DNA from: Myxococcota bacterium
GTDB lineage: Bacteria > Myxococcota_A > UBA9160 > PR03
NCBI GenBank assembly: GCA_041611735.1
Contig: JBFIML010000015.1
Location: 1-64,000, forward strand
Length of the DNA: 64,000 bases
Direction: 5' to 3'
Within the stretch, counting starts at the first letter, position 1, and the number at the start of each line of letters is the position of its first letter. The translations under genes were made by a program, and so were the position numbers. Positions 35,334 through 46,033 of this stretch are shown here, one piece after another. The notes below the pieces were generated by a model. That model was given only the letters and a program-made list of their open reading frames with translations. It had not been told where the DNA came from and made no database searches.

Positions 35334-36092
35334 GTGCCGCGCCAGCTCGGCGACGTGCTGCACTACTTCCTGCCGGAGCTCGCTCCCGCACCGGCCGCAC
35401 CCGAGGTGGCCTACGCCCACCGGACGCTGACGGTGCCGGTCGGGGAGCTGGACGTGCTGCGCGCGGCCCTGGTCTGGAACCTGGCCGTGGAGCTCGCCCG
35501 GCAGGGGGGCCGCGTGGCGCTGGTGGCGCCGCGCGCGGAGACCTCCGAGTCGCTGTGGCCGGGGACCGGACGCGGACCCCTCGGTCTCGAGCTGCACCCG
35601 GCGGAGGGGAACCTGCCCGGGGTGGCGAAGGCGGCGCGGGAGGTCGCCGCCGCCGCGCCGGGCACGGAAGAGTCCTTCGCCGTGGTGGCCCTGCCACCCG
35701 CATGGCTGCGCCGGCTCGGCGACGACTCCGAATGGCTCGACTGGCTGCTCGTGCTGGCGCGGCCCGAGGACCGCGAGCTGCTGGAGGCCTACGCCGCCAT
35801 GAAGCGGGTGGCCCACGCGCAGCCAGCCGCGCGGCTCGGCTTCACGGTCTACGGCGCCCGCAGCATCGCCGAGGCCGAGCGTACGTTCTCACGCGTGGCG
35901 ACCACCGTGGACGAGAACCTCGGACGCCGACTGCTGAGCTACGGGCTGCTGGTCGACGACCTCCACCTGTGCCGCTCGATCGTGACGCGCCGACCCGTGG
36001 CCCTGACCCACCCCCGCTCCCCCGCCGCGCGCGCGCTGGCGGACGTGGCACGTCTGGTGCGGGGCGATGCGGCGGAGACTGGCGATGTCTGA
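35334..36092 (+). CDS. Degenerate MinD/FlhG-like protein lacking Walker A
   Basis: 'NLAVELARQGGRVALV'; C-terminal 'DD....SIVTRRPV...PRSPAARALADVA'; GAGGAG SD. Confidence 0.6.
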   Translation: MPRQLGDVLHYFLPELAPAPAAPEVAYAHRTLTVPVGELDVLRAALVWNLAVELARQGGRVALVAPRAETSESLWPGTGRGPLGLELHPAEGNLPGVAKAAREVAAAAPGTEESFAVVALPPAWLRRLGDDSEWLDWLLVLARPEDRELLEAYAAMKRVAHAQPAARLGFTVYGARSIAEAERTFSRVATTVDENLGRRLLSYGLLVDDLHLCRSIVTRRPVALTHPRSPAARALADVARLVRGDAAETGDV

Positions 36093-36645
36093 GCGCGTCC
36101 CGCAGCCGCCGGCGCGGGTGGGTCTGCGCGAGCGGCTGCGAGCGGGGCTCGCGGAGCTCGGACCTCCCCTGCGCCTCATCGCCGAGGCCCTGTGCGGAGA
36201 GGAGGAGGAGCTCATCGACTGGGTGGCGGCCGAGCCCGACGGGCGAGCGGTGGTGGGATTGCTCGAGCCGGGGGAAGCCGGCGCGACGCTGCTCACCGAC
36301 GGCCTCACCCAGCGCGCCTGGGTCGCCGCCCGGCTCGGCGACTGGCTCAAGCTGGCGCCGGGCCTGGGGCTGCGCCCGGAGCTGCGGCCGCGACTGCTCC
36401 TGGTGGCGGCGGACTTCGGGCGACGGCTCCGGGTGGCCGCCCGGGAGGCGGACGCGGGCGGCATCTGGCTGGTGCGCTTCCGCGACGGGGCGCAGGGTGG
36501 CGTCGGGCTCGAGCGCCTGGCGGCCTCCGATCCCCCGGCGGCCGCCGCCCCGCCCGGGGACGCCCCGGGGTCGGCCGGGTTCCGCACCGGCCTGACCGAC
36601 GCGGATCTGGGCCTCGCCGCGACGGAGAGCCTCGGCTTCTCCTGA
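36085..36645 (+). CDS. Hypothetical protein, possibly degenerate PD-(D/E)XK/NucS-like fold
   Basis: 'IDWVAAEPDGRAVV', 'RPRLLLVAADF'; overlaps upstream gene. Confidence 0.5.
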   Translation: MSERVPQPPARVGLRERLRAGLAELGPPLRLIAEALCGEEEELIDWVAAEPDGRAVVGLLEPGEAGATLLTDGLTQRAWVAARLGDWLKLAPGLGLRPELRPRLLLVAADFGRRLRVAAREADAGGIWLVRFRDGAQGGVGLERLAASDPPAAAAPPGDAPGSAGFRTGLTDADLGLAATESLGFS

Positions 36646-36838
36646 GCGTCATCGCCGAGTGGGAATACCCTCAGAGCGATGACAATCTTCGTCATCTGGT
36701 GACATTTCTTGACACCTGGGGGTCCGATGTGGCCACTCCTTCCATCGGGGAGTCCCTCCACAGCGCGGCAGGGACATGGGGAGGCTGGATCCGCTCCCGG
36801 GGTGGGCCATGCCCTGGGCGCTGCGGAAGGGGAGGCAG

Positions 36839-37426
36839 ATGGCGCGACCCACGCCGGCGGTCCCGGATGGCGCCGACACGACCCCCGTCACCGACGAACG
36901 GCTGGTCGAGTCGGTTCTGGAGGGCGACGGAGGGGCTTTCGATCGATTGTACGAGCGCTACTTCCCGCGCGTGTTCCACTTCGTGGCCCGCCGCATGCGC
37001 AACCAGGCGGACACCGAGGAAACCGTGCAGGAGGTCTTCGTCAACCTGTTCGCCTCGATGCACTCGTTCCGGGGCGATGCGCCGTTCGGCGCCTGGGTCT
37101 TCGGCCTGACGCGCCGCACCCTGGCGGGCCGCTTCAAGAAGCGAACCATCCCCACGGTACCGCTGGACGAGGATGGCGAGGATCGCGTCCTGCGTCCGCT
37201 CTCCCCCGTCGACCCGAGCCCGCTCGAGTTCGTCGAGTATCAGGAGCGGCTCGACCGGCTGGAGCGGGCCGTGGCCGACGACCTCTCGGACGAGCAACGC
37301 CAGCTGTTCCAGCTCCACCATCTCGAGCACCGGCCGATCCAGGAGATCGCACGGCTGCTCGAGAAGACCGAGGACGCGGTCAAGTCCCACTTGTATCGCG
37401 CCCGGAAGCTGCTGCTCTCGCGCTAG
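36839..37426 (+). CDS. ECF RNA polymerase sigma factor
   Basis: 'AFDRLYERY', 'DTEETVQEVF', 'QEIARLL...VKSHLYRAR'; GGAGG SD. Confidence 0.9.
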   Translation: MARPTPAVPDGADTTPVTDERLVESVLEGDGGAFDRLYERYFPRVFHFVARRMRNQADTEETVQEVFVNLFASMHSFRGDAPFGAWVFGLTRRTLAGRFKKRTIPTVPLDEDGEDRVLRPLSPVDPSPLEFVEYQERLDRLERAVADDLSDEQRQLFQLHHLEHRPIQEIARLLEKTEDAVKSHLYRARKLLLSR

Positions 37427-37438
37427 ACTCGCCGCCGC

Positions 37439-38248
37439 ATGGGCTCCGACGCCCGTCACGCCCCCGCCTGCCACGAGCCCCTGGGCCTGCGGGTCCGGGA
37501 GGCCCATTCCCGGGAGACGGCGGTGCGGCGGCTCCGCTTCGAGTTCACGAGCCGGGGGGATCGGGTGCCAGGGCGTCTGCTGCTGCCCGCCCAGGGCTCG
37601 GGCCCGGCGCCGCTCGTGCTGCTCGAGCACGGCGCGGGAGGCCACAAGGACTCGCCCTATGTGGACGCCGCCGCGCTTCCCTGGGTGCGCCGTGGAGCCG
37701 CCGTGGTCACGATCGACCTGCCCCTGCACGGGGAACGGGCGAGCCCCAAGCTGACGGGGTGGCTGCTCGAGTCCGCCGCCCTGGGACGCAGTCCCGGCCC
37801 GTTCGACGCGATCCTGTGGCGCGAGTTCGCACGCCAGGCGGTCGCGGACCTGAGCCGTGCCCTGGACGCGCTCGAGGGCATCGCCGGCCTGGACTCCACG
37901 CGCGTCGCGTACGCGGGCTTCAGCCTGGGTGCCCTGGTGGGGGCCTGCTTCTGTGCCCTGGATGCACGCCCGCGGGCCGTAGCGCTCGCCCTGGCGGGCG
38001 CCGGGCTGGGTCCGGACGACCTCGACGCGGCCCGGCACGTGGCCGCGCTCGCTCCGCGTCCGCTCCTGCTGGTGAACGCCCGGCACGACGCGCGCATCCC
38101 CCCGGAGGCCGCCGAGCGGCTCTTCGCCGCGGCCCGCGAGCCCAAGCGGCAGCTCTGGTTCGACGCCACCCACACGGAGCTGCCGGGCCGGGCCCTCAAG
38201 GCCATGTGGACCTTCCTGGCCCCTCAGCTGGGGCTCGCCGGAGGATGA
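37439..38248 (+). CDS. Alpha/beta hydrolase
   Basis: 'HGAGG', 'DLPLHGER', nucleophile elbow 'GFSLG', Asp/His candidates. Confidence 0.8.
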   Translation: MGSDARHAPACHEPLGLRVREAHSRETAVRRLRFEFTSRGDRVPGRLLLPAQGSGPAPLVLLEHGAGGHKDSPYVDAAALPWVRRGAAVVTIDLPLHGERASPKLTGWLLESAALGRSPGPFDAILWREFARQAVADLSRALDALEGIAGLDSTRVAYAGFSLGALVGACFCALDARPRAVALALAGAGLGPDDLDAARHVAALAPRPLLLVNARHDARIPPEAAERLFAAAREPKRQLWFDATHTELPGRALKAMWTFLAPQLGLAGG

Positions 38249-39069
38249 CGCAGGGCCAGCAGGGTCCCGCCCACCACCAGCACGGGCATGGCGAGCAGGT
38301 TCAGTCCGGGCACCAGACACACCAGCAGGGCGGCCGCTCCGAAGCCGACCATGGCGGGCACGTGACCGAGCACCCAGCGCCGCTTGTCCCTGAAGCGCAG
38401 CAGACGACGTCGGTCCAGCAGCGGGCTCGCGTAGTCGAGGGGGAGGAACAGCATGGTGAGCAGCAGCACGGCCGGGGGAACCAGCAGGGCAGCCCCAGGA
38501 ACCAGGATCCCGGCGAGAACCAGCCCCCCCTGGGCAGACAGGAAGAAGACGAGCCGGCGCAGCTCCTCGAGGACACTGCGCCCGGCGTCGCGCAAGGCCC
38601 CCGCCAGGCTCCCCGCCTCCGCTTCCGCCACCGTCCCGGTCACCAGCGCCTCCACCCGCCGGGACAGGAGCTCGTGGAACGGCGCCGCGGCCAGGCTCGC
38701 CAGGGCGAAGGCCAGGACCAGCGCGAGGGCTGCGAGCAGCCCCACCGCCAGCCAGCCCAGCAGCGCCAGCAGGGCCCGGGCGGGGGCGACCCACAGCCAC
38801 TCGAACCAGCGGTCGGCGACCAGCACGGGCATCCAGCCGGTGGCGAGCCCATACAGCGCGTCCGTCTGGCCGAGCACCGCGGCCACCGCCCCCACGCAGG
38901 CCAGGACCGAGAGGGCCAGCGGAACCGCCGCCACCCCCCACAGGGAACGCTCGCGCATCAGGAGCCGGAGCCCCTCCAGGGGGAGCAGGAAAGCCTCGAG
39001 GGCGGCGACCGCCCCGGCGCGCGCCGCCACCGGCGGCCGCTGGTGGGAACCCGTATATTGGCGCTTCAT
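38224..39069 (-). CDS. EI24/CysZ domain membrane protein
   Basis: 'AAPFHELLSRRVE', 'VPGLNLLAMP..VVGGT'. Confidence 0.8.
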   Translation of the reverse strand: MKRQYTGSHQRPPVAARAGAVAALEAFLLPLEGLRLLMRERSLWGVAAVPLALSVLACVGAVAAVLGQTDALYGLATGWMPVLVADRWFEWLWVAPARALLALLGWLAVGLLAALALVLAFALASLAAAPFHELLSRRVEALVTGTVAEAEAGSLAGALRDAGRSVLEELRRLVFFLSAQGGLVLAGILVPGAALLVPPAVLLLTMLFLPLDYASPLLDRRRLLRFRDKRRWVLGHVPAMVGFGAAALLVCLVPGLNLLAMPVLVVGGTLLALRHPPASPS

Positions 39070-39152
39070 CGCAGCCCACCACGCTCTTCCGGGCGCGGCG
39101 GGCGACGGTGCCGGCCGTGCGCCCCGGCCAACTTCCCGAGGAGTCTGCCACG

Positions 39153-40202
39153 ATGCCCCGATCCGTTCGCTTCGTCCCGGCGGCGCTCGCCGTCGCCCTG
39201 GTGTTCGCCTGTGCGCCCCGGCCCGACGCGCCGCGCGCCGCAGCCGACTCGCCGGTCGCCGCGGAGATCCGCGGCCAACCCGTCACGGTGGCGGAGCTCG
39301 ACGAGTGGATCAAGGAGCAGCTCTTCCGCCAGGCGACCCGGGAGGGCGACCCGGCCAAGCTCTACGAGCTGCGCAAGCGGGGGATCGAAGAGCTGATCCA
39401 TCGGCGCCTGCTCGAGGAGGAGGCGAAGCGGCGTGGAGCCGACGCGGAAGCGGTCCTGAACGAAGAGGTGGGGCGCCGCAGCACGCCGACGCCGCAGGAG
39501 GTGGAGGAGTTCTACGAGCGGCACAAGCAGCAGTTCGCCGAGGCGTCACCGGAGGACGCCCGGGCGCGCATCCAGGAGTCCCTGCAGCGACAGAAGCAGC
39601 GCTCCGCCGTGGACACCTACCTCGGCGAGCTGCGCGAGCAGGCCCAGGTGGCGGTCCATTTGGAGCCGCCGCGCAACCCGGTGGCGGCCACCGGACCCGC
39701 CCGGGGCCCCGAGAACGCCCCCGTCACCATCGTCGAGTTCAGCGACTATCAATGCCCCTTCTGCGAGCGCGCCGAGCCGGTCGTGGCGCAGATCCTGGAG
39801 CGCTATCCGGAGCAGGTACGCTTCGTGTACCGCCACTTTCCGCTCGACTCGATCCACCCGCGCGCGCGTCCGGCAGCGGAGGCGGCGGCGTGCGCCGACG
39901 CGCAGGGGCGCTTCTGGGACTATCACGAGAAGGTCTTCAAGAACGCCAAGTCGCTCACGGACGAAGACCTGCTCCGCTACGCGGGTGACCTCAAGCTCGA
40001 CACGGATGCCTTCCGAACTTGCGTCGAGGAGCGGCGCTTCCGCGACGCCGTGGAGTCCGACATTCAGGCGGGACGGACGGCCGGCGTGTCGGGCACGCCC
40101 ACGTTCTTCGTGAACGGGATCGCGCTCTCCGGAGCACGCCCGCTCGAAGATTTCGTCGAGATCATCGAGGCGGAGCTGGAGCGCGAACCCGCCGGCTCCT
40201 AG
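39153..40202 (+). CDS. DsbA-family thioredoxin lipoprotein with SurA-like N-domain
   Basis: Lipobox 'VFAC', 'FSDYQCPFC', 'HFPL', 'GTPTFFVNG'. Confidence 0.88.
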   Translation: MPRSVRFVPAALAVALVFACAPRPDAPRAAADSPVAAEIRGQPVTVAELDEWIKEQLFRQATREGDPAKLYELRKRGIEELIHRRLLEEEAKRRGADAEAVLNEEVGRRSTPTPQEVEEFYERHKQQFAEASPEDARARIQESLQRQKQRSAVDTYLGELREQAQVAVHLEPPRNPVAATGPARGPENAPVTIVEFSDYQCPFCERAEPVVAQILERYPEQVRFVYRHFPLDSIHPRARPAAEAAACADAQGRFWDYHEKVFKNAKSLTDEDLLRYAGDLKLDTDAFRTCVEERRFRDAVESDIQAGRTAGVSGTPTFFVNGIALSGARPLEDFVEIIEAELEREPAGS

Positions 40203-41533
40203 GCAAAGGCCTTCATGCGGGCCAGGATGCGGTCGCGCCGCTCCCGCATGGCGGCCTCCGTCTTGGCCTCCAGATTCAAGCGCACCACGGGCTCCGTGTT
40301 CGACGGGCGCACGTTGAACCACCAGTCGTCGTAGCGCACCAGCAGCCCATCCAGGTGCGAGATCTCCGCGGCGTCGGCATGCTCCGCCTCGAGGGCGGCC
40401 AGCAGGCCCGGCACGTCCGCCACGCGGCGGTTGATCTCGCCGCTGGCGGCGTAGCGCCGCAGCGGAGACACCAGCTCCGAGAGCGGGCGCTGCTCGCGCG
40501 AGAGCACGTCGAGCAGGGCCACGAACGCCGCGACGCCGTCGTCGGCCACCAGCGTCGGGGAGAAACGGAAGTAGAAGTGCCCCGAGAGCTCGCCGGCGAA
40601 GACGGCGCCGCTCTCCCGCATGCGTGCCTTCACGAAGGAGTGCCCGACCCGGCACATCTCCGGGACGCCGCCGGCCGCCTCGATGTCCTCGGCGGTGGCG
40701 CGGCTCGAGCGCAGGTCGTAGAGCACCCGACCGCCCGGGTGGCGGCGCAGGACCGCCGCCGCCAGCAGGGCGGTGATGAGATCCGACGAGACGGGCGCCC
40801 CCGTCTCGTCCACGAACACCGCCCGGTCGGCGTCACCGTCGAAGGCGACCCCCAAGCGGGCGCCGCGGCGCCGGACCGCCGCCACGAGGTCGCGCAGATT
40901 CTCCGGCTTGAGCGGATCCGCCTCGTGGTTGGGGAAGGTCCCGTCCGGCTCGAAGTAGAGCCGTTCGACCTCCAGGGGCAGTCTTTCCAGGACGGGGTCG
41001 AGGGCCAGCGCCGCCATGCCGTTGCCGCAGTCGATGGCCACCCGCACCGCCGGGCAACCGCCGCCCACGGAAAGCACATGCTCCCGGTAGGCCTCGCGCA
41101 CGTCGGCCGGGCGCAGGGATCCGCGGCGGGAGGCCGCCCGCACGGGCTCCCGCGACAAGCGCTCGATGTCCCGCAGCCCACTCGCCTCGCCCACCGGGAT
41201 CGCGTGCTCGCGGCAGATCTTGAGACCGTTGTAGCGCGGCGGATTGTGGGAGGCGGTCACCATGACGCCTCCGCCGAGGCCCAGGTGCTCCACGGCCAGG
41301 TAGAGCATGGGTGTGGTGGCGAGGCCGAGGTCCACCACGTCCGCTCCCGCAGCCGTCACGCCCCGGACCAGGGCCTCGGCCAGCTCTGGAGAGCTCACGC
41401 GCGCGTCCCGGCCCACCGCCAGCGAGGACGCTCCGAGGAAGCGAACGCAGGCGGCTCCGATGCGCTCCACGTCGGCAGCGCGAAGCTCGTCGGGCACGAC
41501 GCCACGCACATCGTAGGCCTTGAAGATGGCCAC
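40199..41533 (-). CDS. Phosphomannomutase/phosphoglucomutase
   Basis: 'FKAYDVRG', 'TASHNP', 'DGDADR', 'GELSGH', 'RPSNTEP'. Confidence 0.93.
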   Translation of the reverse strand: MAIFKAYDVRGVVPDELRAADVERIGAACVRFLGASSLAVGRDARVSSPELAEALVRGVTAAGADVVDLGLATTPMLYLAVEHLGLGGGVMVTASHNPPRYNGLKICREHAIPVGEASGLRDIERLSREPVRAASRRGSLRPADVREAYREHVLSVGGGCPAVRVAIDCGNGMAALALDPVLERLPLEVERLYFEPDGTFPNHEADPLKPENLRDLVAAVRRRGARLGVAFDGDADRAVFVDETGAPVSSDLITALLAAAVLRRHPGGRVLYDLRSSRATAEDIEAAGGVPEMCRVGHSFVKARMRESGAVFAGELSGHFYFRFSPTLVADDGVAAFVALLDVLSREQRPLSELVSPLRRYAASGEINRRVADVPGLLAALEAEHADAAEISHLDGLLVRYDDWWFNVRPSNTEPVVRLNLEAKTEAAMRERRDRILARMKAFA

Positions 41534-41677
41534 GGGCGCATTCTAACCGAGCCCCCGTCCGGCGCGAACGGAGCGGGCGTTGACCCGCGGCGGCCGGCGC
41601 GGCACCCTCTTCAGTGGGTCGCAAGCGGCAGGAGTCACGACCGGAGTGACCCCCGGAGCCGCACCAGGAGCCATACC

Positions 41678-41875
41678 ATGTTCGGACTCGGCGCCACGGA
41701 GCTTCTGATCGTGCTCGCCATCGTGGTGCTTCTCTTCGGGGCGCGCCGACTGCCCGAGATCGGCGCAGGTCTCGGCAAGGCGATCAAGAACTTCAAGTCG
41801 GGCCTGTCGGGCAAGGACGAGATCGACGTCACTCCGAAGAAGGAGGAGCTGACGGAGGGGAAGCCGCCGTCGTAG
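41678..41875 (+). CDS. tatA: Twin-arginine translocase TatA/E
   Basis: '[29 protein letters not shown]'; AGGAG SD. Confidence 0.93.
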   Translation: MFGLGATELLIVLAIVVLLFGARRLPEIGAGLGKAIKNFKSGLSGKDEIDVTPKKEELTEGKPPS

Positions 41876-43127
41876 CGCCCGCTGCGGCTCGCGCCGCGCC
41901 GGGCGCTTCGGCTGCACCGGCGGGCGGCGCCGGGGGGGTTGCCCCGGTTTCGAAGGGCGTCTCGGGGGCCGCAGTCCGATCGACCGCCGGGCTGCGATCG
42001 AGATCCGGACTGGGATCGGGTCCCGGGCTGCGATCGGCCGGCAGGGGCATCGTCGTGACGGCGATGCGCGCCGCCTCGTCGGGAAGGCTCTCGAAGACGG
42101 CGTCGAAGGGAAGCGTCTCTCCCGGTGCGATGGCTTGCCGGGCCAGAGCCTGGGCCGTGCGCGCCTGTCCCGCCCGGAGCCGGGCGGGCTCCTCCAGGCG
42201 GAGGCGTGCTTCGGGAAGGAGGCGACCTGCGGGAGCCTCCTGGCCGGAGAGGGGCTCGCCGTCCTCGCCCCGCAGCCCCACCACGATCACGTCACCGGGA
42301 GCCCGGCTTCCGGGTCCCGGGTTGCGCAGGACACCGGACACCACGTAGAGGAGCGCGCCGGAAGCGTTCTCCACGCGGCGGCCCTGGAGCGTCTCGAGCT
42401 CGAGGCCCGCCACGCTCCCAGCGGGGCCACGGCCAGTCGCTGGCGTGGCCGCCACGCGCAGGCCCCCGTGGACGGCGACCGCCAGCAGCAGGGCGGTGGC
42501 CACCCACCCCAGCATCGCCCCGAGCCCTGCGTCGGGAGGCGGCGAGCCCGGCCGGGCGGTCCGGGGACGCCCGGGCGGCGCCTGCCGCACCGTCTCGGCC
42601 GCCGTCAGCGCTTCCCACGCCTCGAGGGGGGCCGGGGCCTCCACCGACGCCGGGTCCGGGGTCGCGGCGGCGCCCGCCGCGGAAGCCTCGGACTCCTCGC
42701 CCAGGAAGTCCCAGCTCTCCGGATCCCCGACGTCTTCGAGGGAGAGCGCGTCGGGATCGTCGTCTTCGTCGGCGGATGGGATCGCCGGGGCAGGCGCTGC
42801 CTCGGGAGCGTCGTCCGCCCCCGGGAAGTCCATGTTGAACTCCCAGTCGCTCTCCCCATCCTCCGCCGGCGGCGGAACGGGCTCCGGCCCGGCGGGCGCG
42901 CCGGAGGGCTCCGGGGAGCGGGGCTGAGCAGGGGGCTGGGGAGTGGACGGGGATGCCGGCGGCGCCGCCTCCACGGGTCTCGGGGGCAGCTCGGGGGCCT
43001 TCGGGGCCGAGGACCGCAGGAGGAAGGCGTGCTTGCAGCGGGAGCAGCGCACCTGCACGCCGCCCTTCGGGATGCGGGCGTCGTCGAGATGGAAGCGGGT
43101 GTGACAGCGCTCGCACGCGACGATCAA
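41829..43127 (-). CDS. MJ0042-type zinc-ribbon membrane protein with DUF3426-like domain
   Basis: 'CERCHTRF...[10 protein letters not shown]', acidic/Pro linker, TM, 'VVSGVLRN...PGETLPF'. Confidence 0.8.
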   Translation of the reverse strand: MIVACERCHTRFHLDDARIPKGGVQVRCSRCKHAFLLRSSAPKAPELPPRPVEAAPPASPSTPQPPAQPRSPEPSGAPAGPEPVPPPAEDGESDWEFNMDFPGADDAPEAAPAPAIPSADEDDDPDALSLEDVGDPESWDFLGEESEASAAGAAATPDPASVEAPAPLEAWEALTAAETVRQAPPGRPRTARPGSPPPDAGLGAMLGWVATALLLAVAVHGGLRVAATPATGRGPAGSVAGLELETLQGRRVENASGALLYVVSGVLRNPGPGSRAPGDVIVVGLRGEDGEPLSGQEAPAGRLLPEARLRLEEPARLRAGQARTAQALARQAIAPGETLPFDAVFESLPDEAARIAVTTMPLPADRSPGPDPSPDLDRSPAVDRTAAPETPFETGATPPAPPAGAAEAPGAARAAAGATTAASPPSAPPSSE

Positions 43128-43300
43128 GCCGGCTCTCCCCCGCACGGGATCCAGACAGACCCGGCACGCCCTGTGCTAGGGTCGCAAGGCCTTTCCTGCC
43201 CCGTCGATCGTTTCGGACGCGCCGTCGGGGCTCTTAAGTCGCCCCCGCGGGAGCATCCTCCATCCCCAGGCCGGAGGGCCACGCCGCCGGGAGGGCCACC

Positions 43301-44281
43301 GTGGCCGCCGAACCCCCGCTCTCGCTGCTCGATCGTCGCCTGGTGATCGTGACCGGCAAGGGCGGCACCGGAAAGACCACGGTGGCCGCCACCCTCGCCT
43401 TGGCCGGCGCGGCCGCCGGCCGCCGCGTACTGGTCGCCGAGGTCGGCGCCGACGAACACGTTCCCGCACTGCTCGCGCCGGGCTCCCCGCCCGTGGGCTA
43501 CGCGGGACGCAGTCTGCGCGCCGGCCTGGACGCCATGCGCATCGACCCCTACCAGGCCCTGGCGGAGTACCTCTCGCTCCAGCTCCCGGTGGGCGGCATC
43601 GTGCGGCGCCTGCTGCGCAACCAGGCCTTCCGCCAGCTCATGGATGCCTCCCCGGGCTGGCGCGAGCTGATCACGCTCGGAAAGATCTGGCATCTGGAGC
43701 AGATGCGGGATGCCGCTGGGCCGCCGCGCTTCGACCTGATCGTGGTCGATGCGCCGGCTACGGGGCACGGGCTCACCTTCCTCGACGTGCCGAGGGTGGT
43801 GGTGAGTGCGGTGCGTGCCGGCCCCCTGCGGCGCCACTCCGGCTGGGTGGAGGCGCTGGTGCGCGATCGGGACCGGACGCTGCTGCTGCCGGTGACCCTC
43901 GCCGAGGAGCTCCCCGTGCGGGAGACGGCGGAGCTCGTCGAGCGCGTGCGCAAGGACATCGGCGTGTGCGTGGACCGCGTCGTGGTCAACGCCGTCATGC
44001 CGGCGCCCTTCCCGCCCGAGGTCCCCGATCTGGACGAGCGCCTGGCACGGCTTCCCGAAGACCTGGAGCTGCCGGGCTTGCCGGGGCCGCGGGTGCTGGC
44101 CGCCTGCGCCGGTCATCTGCGCGCCCGCCACGCGCTGAACGCCCGCTGGCTCCGGGAGGTGGAGGAGCGCAGCGGGCTCCCGGCGGTGGCTCTCCCCAAT
44201 CTGCTCCAGGGCGTGGGCGGGCCCGCGGACCTTGAGCTTCTGGTTGGGGCACTGCTGTCCCCGCCCGGGAACACCGCGTGA
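43301..44281 (+). CDS. ArsA/Get3-family ATPase (first of pair)
   Basis: 'GKGGTGKTT', 'PGWREL', 'DAPATGH', 'EELPVRET'. Confidence 0.88.
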   Translation: MAAEPPLSLLDRRLVIVTGKGGTGKTTVAATLALAGAAAGRRVLVAEVGADEHVPALLAPGSPPVGYAGRSLRAGLDAMRIDPYQALAEYLSLQLPVGGIVRRLLRNQAFRQLMDASPGWRELITLGKIWHLEQMRDAAGPPRFDLIVVDAPATGHGLTFLDVPRVVVSAVRAGPLRRHSGWVEALVRDRDRTLLLPVTLAEELPVRETAELVERVRKDIGVCVDRVVVNAVMPAPFPPEVPDLDERLARLPEDLELPGLPGPRVLAACAGHLRARHALNARWLREVEERSGLPAVALPNLLQGVGGPADLELLVGALLSPPGNTA

Positions 44282-45492
44282 GCCCGGCTTCCCTGGCCGA
44301 CCTGATCGGATCGCGACGCATCGTGGTGTGGGTCGGAACCGGCGGGGTGGGCAAGACCACCCTGGCGGCGGCCTTCGCCCTGGAGGCCGCGCGCCGCGGC
44401 CGGCGCGTGGCGGTCCTCACCATCGATCCTGCCCGGCGTCTCGCCGACGCGCTGGGCGTCGCCGAACTGGGCAATCTGCCCACCGAGATTCCCCGGGAGC
44501 GGCTGGCCGCCCTCGGGGTTCCGGACGAAGGCCACCTGTCTGCCCTCATGCTGGACAGCAAGCGCACCTTCGACGACCTGGTGACGCGATTGGCGGAGAG
44601 CCCCGAGGTTCGCGACCGCATCCTGAACAACCGCATCTACCAGCACGTCTCCGATGCCCTGGCCGGAAGCGCCGAGTACTCCGCCATGGAGAAGGTCTTC
44701 GAGCTGAGCGACCACCCGGAGTTCGAGCTCATCGTGGTGGACACGCCTCCCTCCCAGCACGCCCTGGACTTCCTGGATGCGCCGCGCCGGCTGCTCGAGT
44801 TCCTCGACAGCCGGCTGGTCCGGTTGCTGGTGCATCCGGCCTTTGCGGCCGGGCGCGTCGGCTTTCGCGTGTTCCAGCGTGGCGCCGTCGGCCTGCTCAA
44901 GCTGATCGAGCGGATCACCGGCTTCGGCTTCCTGGAGGATGTCTCCGAGTTCCTGCTCGCCTTCGAGGGCATGTCCGAGGGATTCCAGCAGCGCGCCCGC
45001 CTGGTGCAGGAGCGGCTGCTGGGGTCCGACGCGGCGTTCGTGCTGGGCGCAGCCCCGGGGGCGCAATCGGTCCGGCATGCGTCGGCGCTGCTGGCGCATC
45101 TCGATGCCGCCCGCGTGCCGCTGGCGGGGGTGATCCTCAATCGGGTGCGGCTGTGGCCGGGCAAGGGCCCGCCCCCGGACCGGCTGCCCGACGGCGCCGA
45201 AGCGGACGTCGCGCAACACGCCCTGGCCGAGACGCTGGGCCGCCAGGAGGGAGCCGACTTCCCGGCGCAGGCGGCGGCCCGCGCGGCAATCGACGCCGCC
45301 GACGGCTACGCTGCCCTGGTCCGCGCCGACGCCGTGGCCACCCAGGACCTGACCGGCCGGATGCGCGACCGGGGAGGATTCGTGGGGCGCGTGCCGGAGC
45401 TGCGCCAGGACGTCCACGATCTGGAGGGCCTGGTCGAGGTGGCCGAGTGGATGTTCCGGGACGGCGAGGAGGCCGCGACGGGTGGCGGCTAG
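44278..45492 (+). CDS. ArsA/Get3-family ATPase (second of pair)
   Basis: 'GTGGVGKTT', 'TIDPARRLA', 'EYSAMEK', 'DTPPS'. Confidence 0.88.
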   Translation: MSPASLADLIGSRRIVVWVGTGGVGKTTLAAAFALEAARRGRRVAVLTIDPARRLADALGVAELGNLPTEIPRERLAALGVPDEGHLSALMLDSKRTFDDLVTRLAESPEVRDRILNNRIYQHVSDALAGSAEYSAMEKVFELSDHPEFELIVVDTPPSQHALDFLDAPRRLLEFLDSRLVRLLVHPAFAAGRVGFRVFQRGAVGLLKLIERITGFGFLEDVSEFLLAFEGMSEGFQQRARLVQERLLGSDAAFVLGAAPGAQSVRHASALLAHLDAARVPLAGVILNRVRLWPGKGPPPDRLPDGAEADVAQHALAETLGRQEGADFPAQAAARAAIDAADGYAALVRADAVATQDLTGRMRDRGGFVGRVPELRQDVHDLEGLVEVAEWMFRDGEEAATGGG

Positions 45493-45958
45493 CCAGGACG
45501 CACCCCACGAGCAGGCGACCCGCCCCGGCGTTGCCGAGGCGCTCGCCGATGCGCAGCGTCATGCTCGGGCGGCGCTGTCCGAGCTGCTGCGCTCCCTGGC
45601 TGCGCTGGTGGAGGCCGCGGAGCGGGCGGCCGCGGCGGGCGCCGACGGGGGGGAGGTGCGTCCGCCCGGGCGGCTTCGCGAGCTGCTGACCGCAGCCGCG
45701 GAGACGCTGGACGGGGACGGCGATCGCGCCGGTGCCAGCCTGCTCGAGGCCGTGGCCCGGGCCCTCGACGCGGAGATTGCCCGCTGGGAGGCGCGCGCCC
45801 GCGACGACGCGGACGCCCGCGCGGTGCTACGCGCCTTCCTGGGCCTGCGCGAGCTGCTGTGGGAGCTCGGTGTGCGACCGGCCCGGGCGGGCGGAGACTC
45901 CGCGCGTGGCGCGGCCCGACGTGGGCCGCGCGTCCAGCGCGTACCCGTCGAGGGCTGA
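45482..45958 (+). CDS. Helical hypothetical protein
   Basis: Coupled ORF, amphipathic helices, C-terminal 'RVQRVPVE'; GTG start. Confidence 0.6.
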   Translation: MAASQDAPHEQATRPGVAEALADAQRHARAALSELLRSLAALVEAAERAAAAGADGGEVRPPGRLRELLTAAAETLDGDGDRAGASLLEAVARALDAEIARWEARARDDADARAVLRAFLGLRELLWELGVRPARAGGDSARGAARRGPRVQRVPVEG

Positions 45959-45983
45959 CCCGACCGGGCTCCTGTGGTAACTT
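45955..45983 (+). promoter_or_regulatory. Putative promoter of phaR-like gene
   Basis: CTGACC-N17-TAACTT with extended -10 TG. Confidence 0.45.
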
Positions 45984-46033
45984 CCGGCTCCGCACGCGGA
46001 AGGTCGCGCTCGCGGCTCGAGACGGTGCCCCCC

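Noticed and set aside
41985-42040. Direct repeat CCGGGCTGCGATCG x2
   Set aside because: Encodes DRSP repeats in a protein tail; two copies only, not CRISPR-like
43301-45492. Arsenic resistance operon
   Set aside because: No arsR/B/C/D or acr3; proteins lack the duplicated metalloid-binding ArsA architecture
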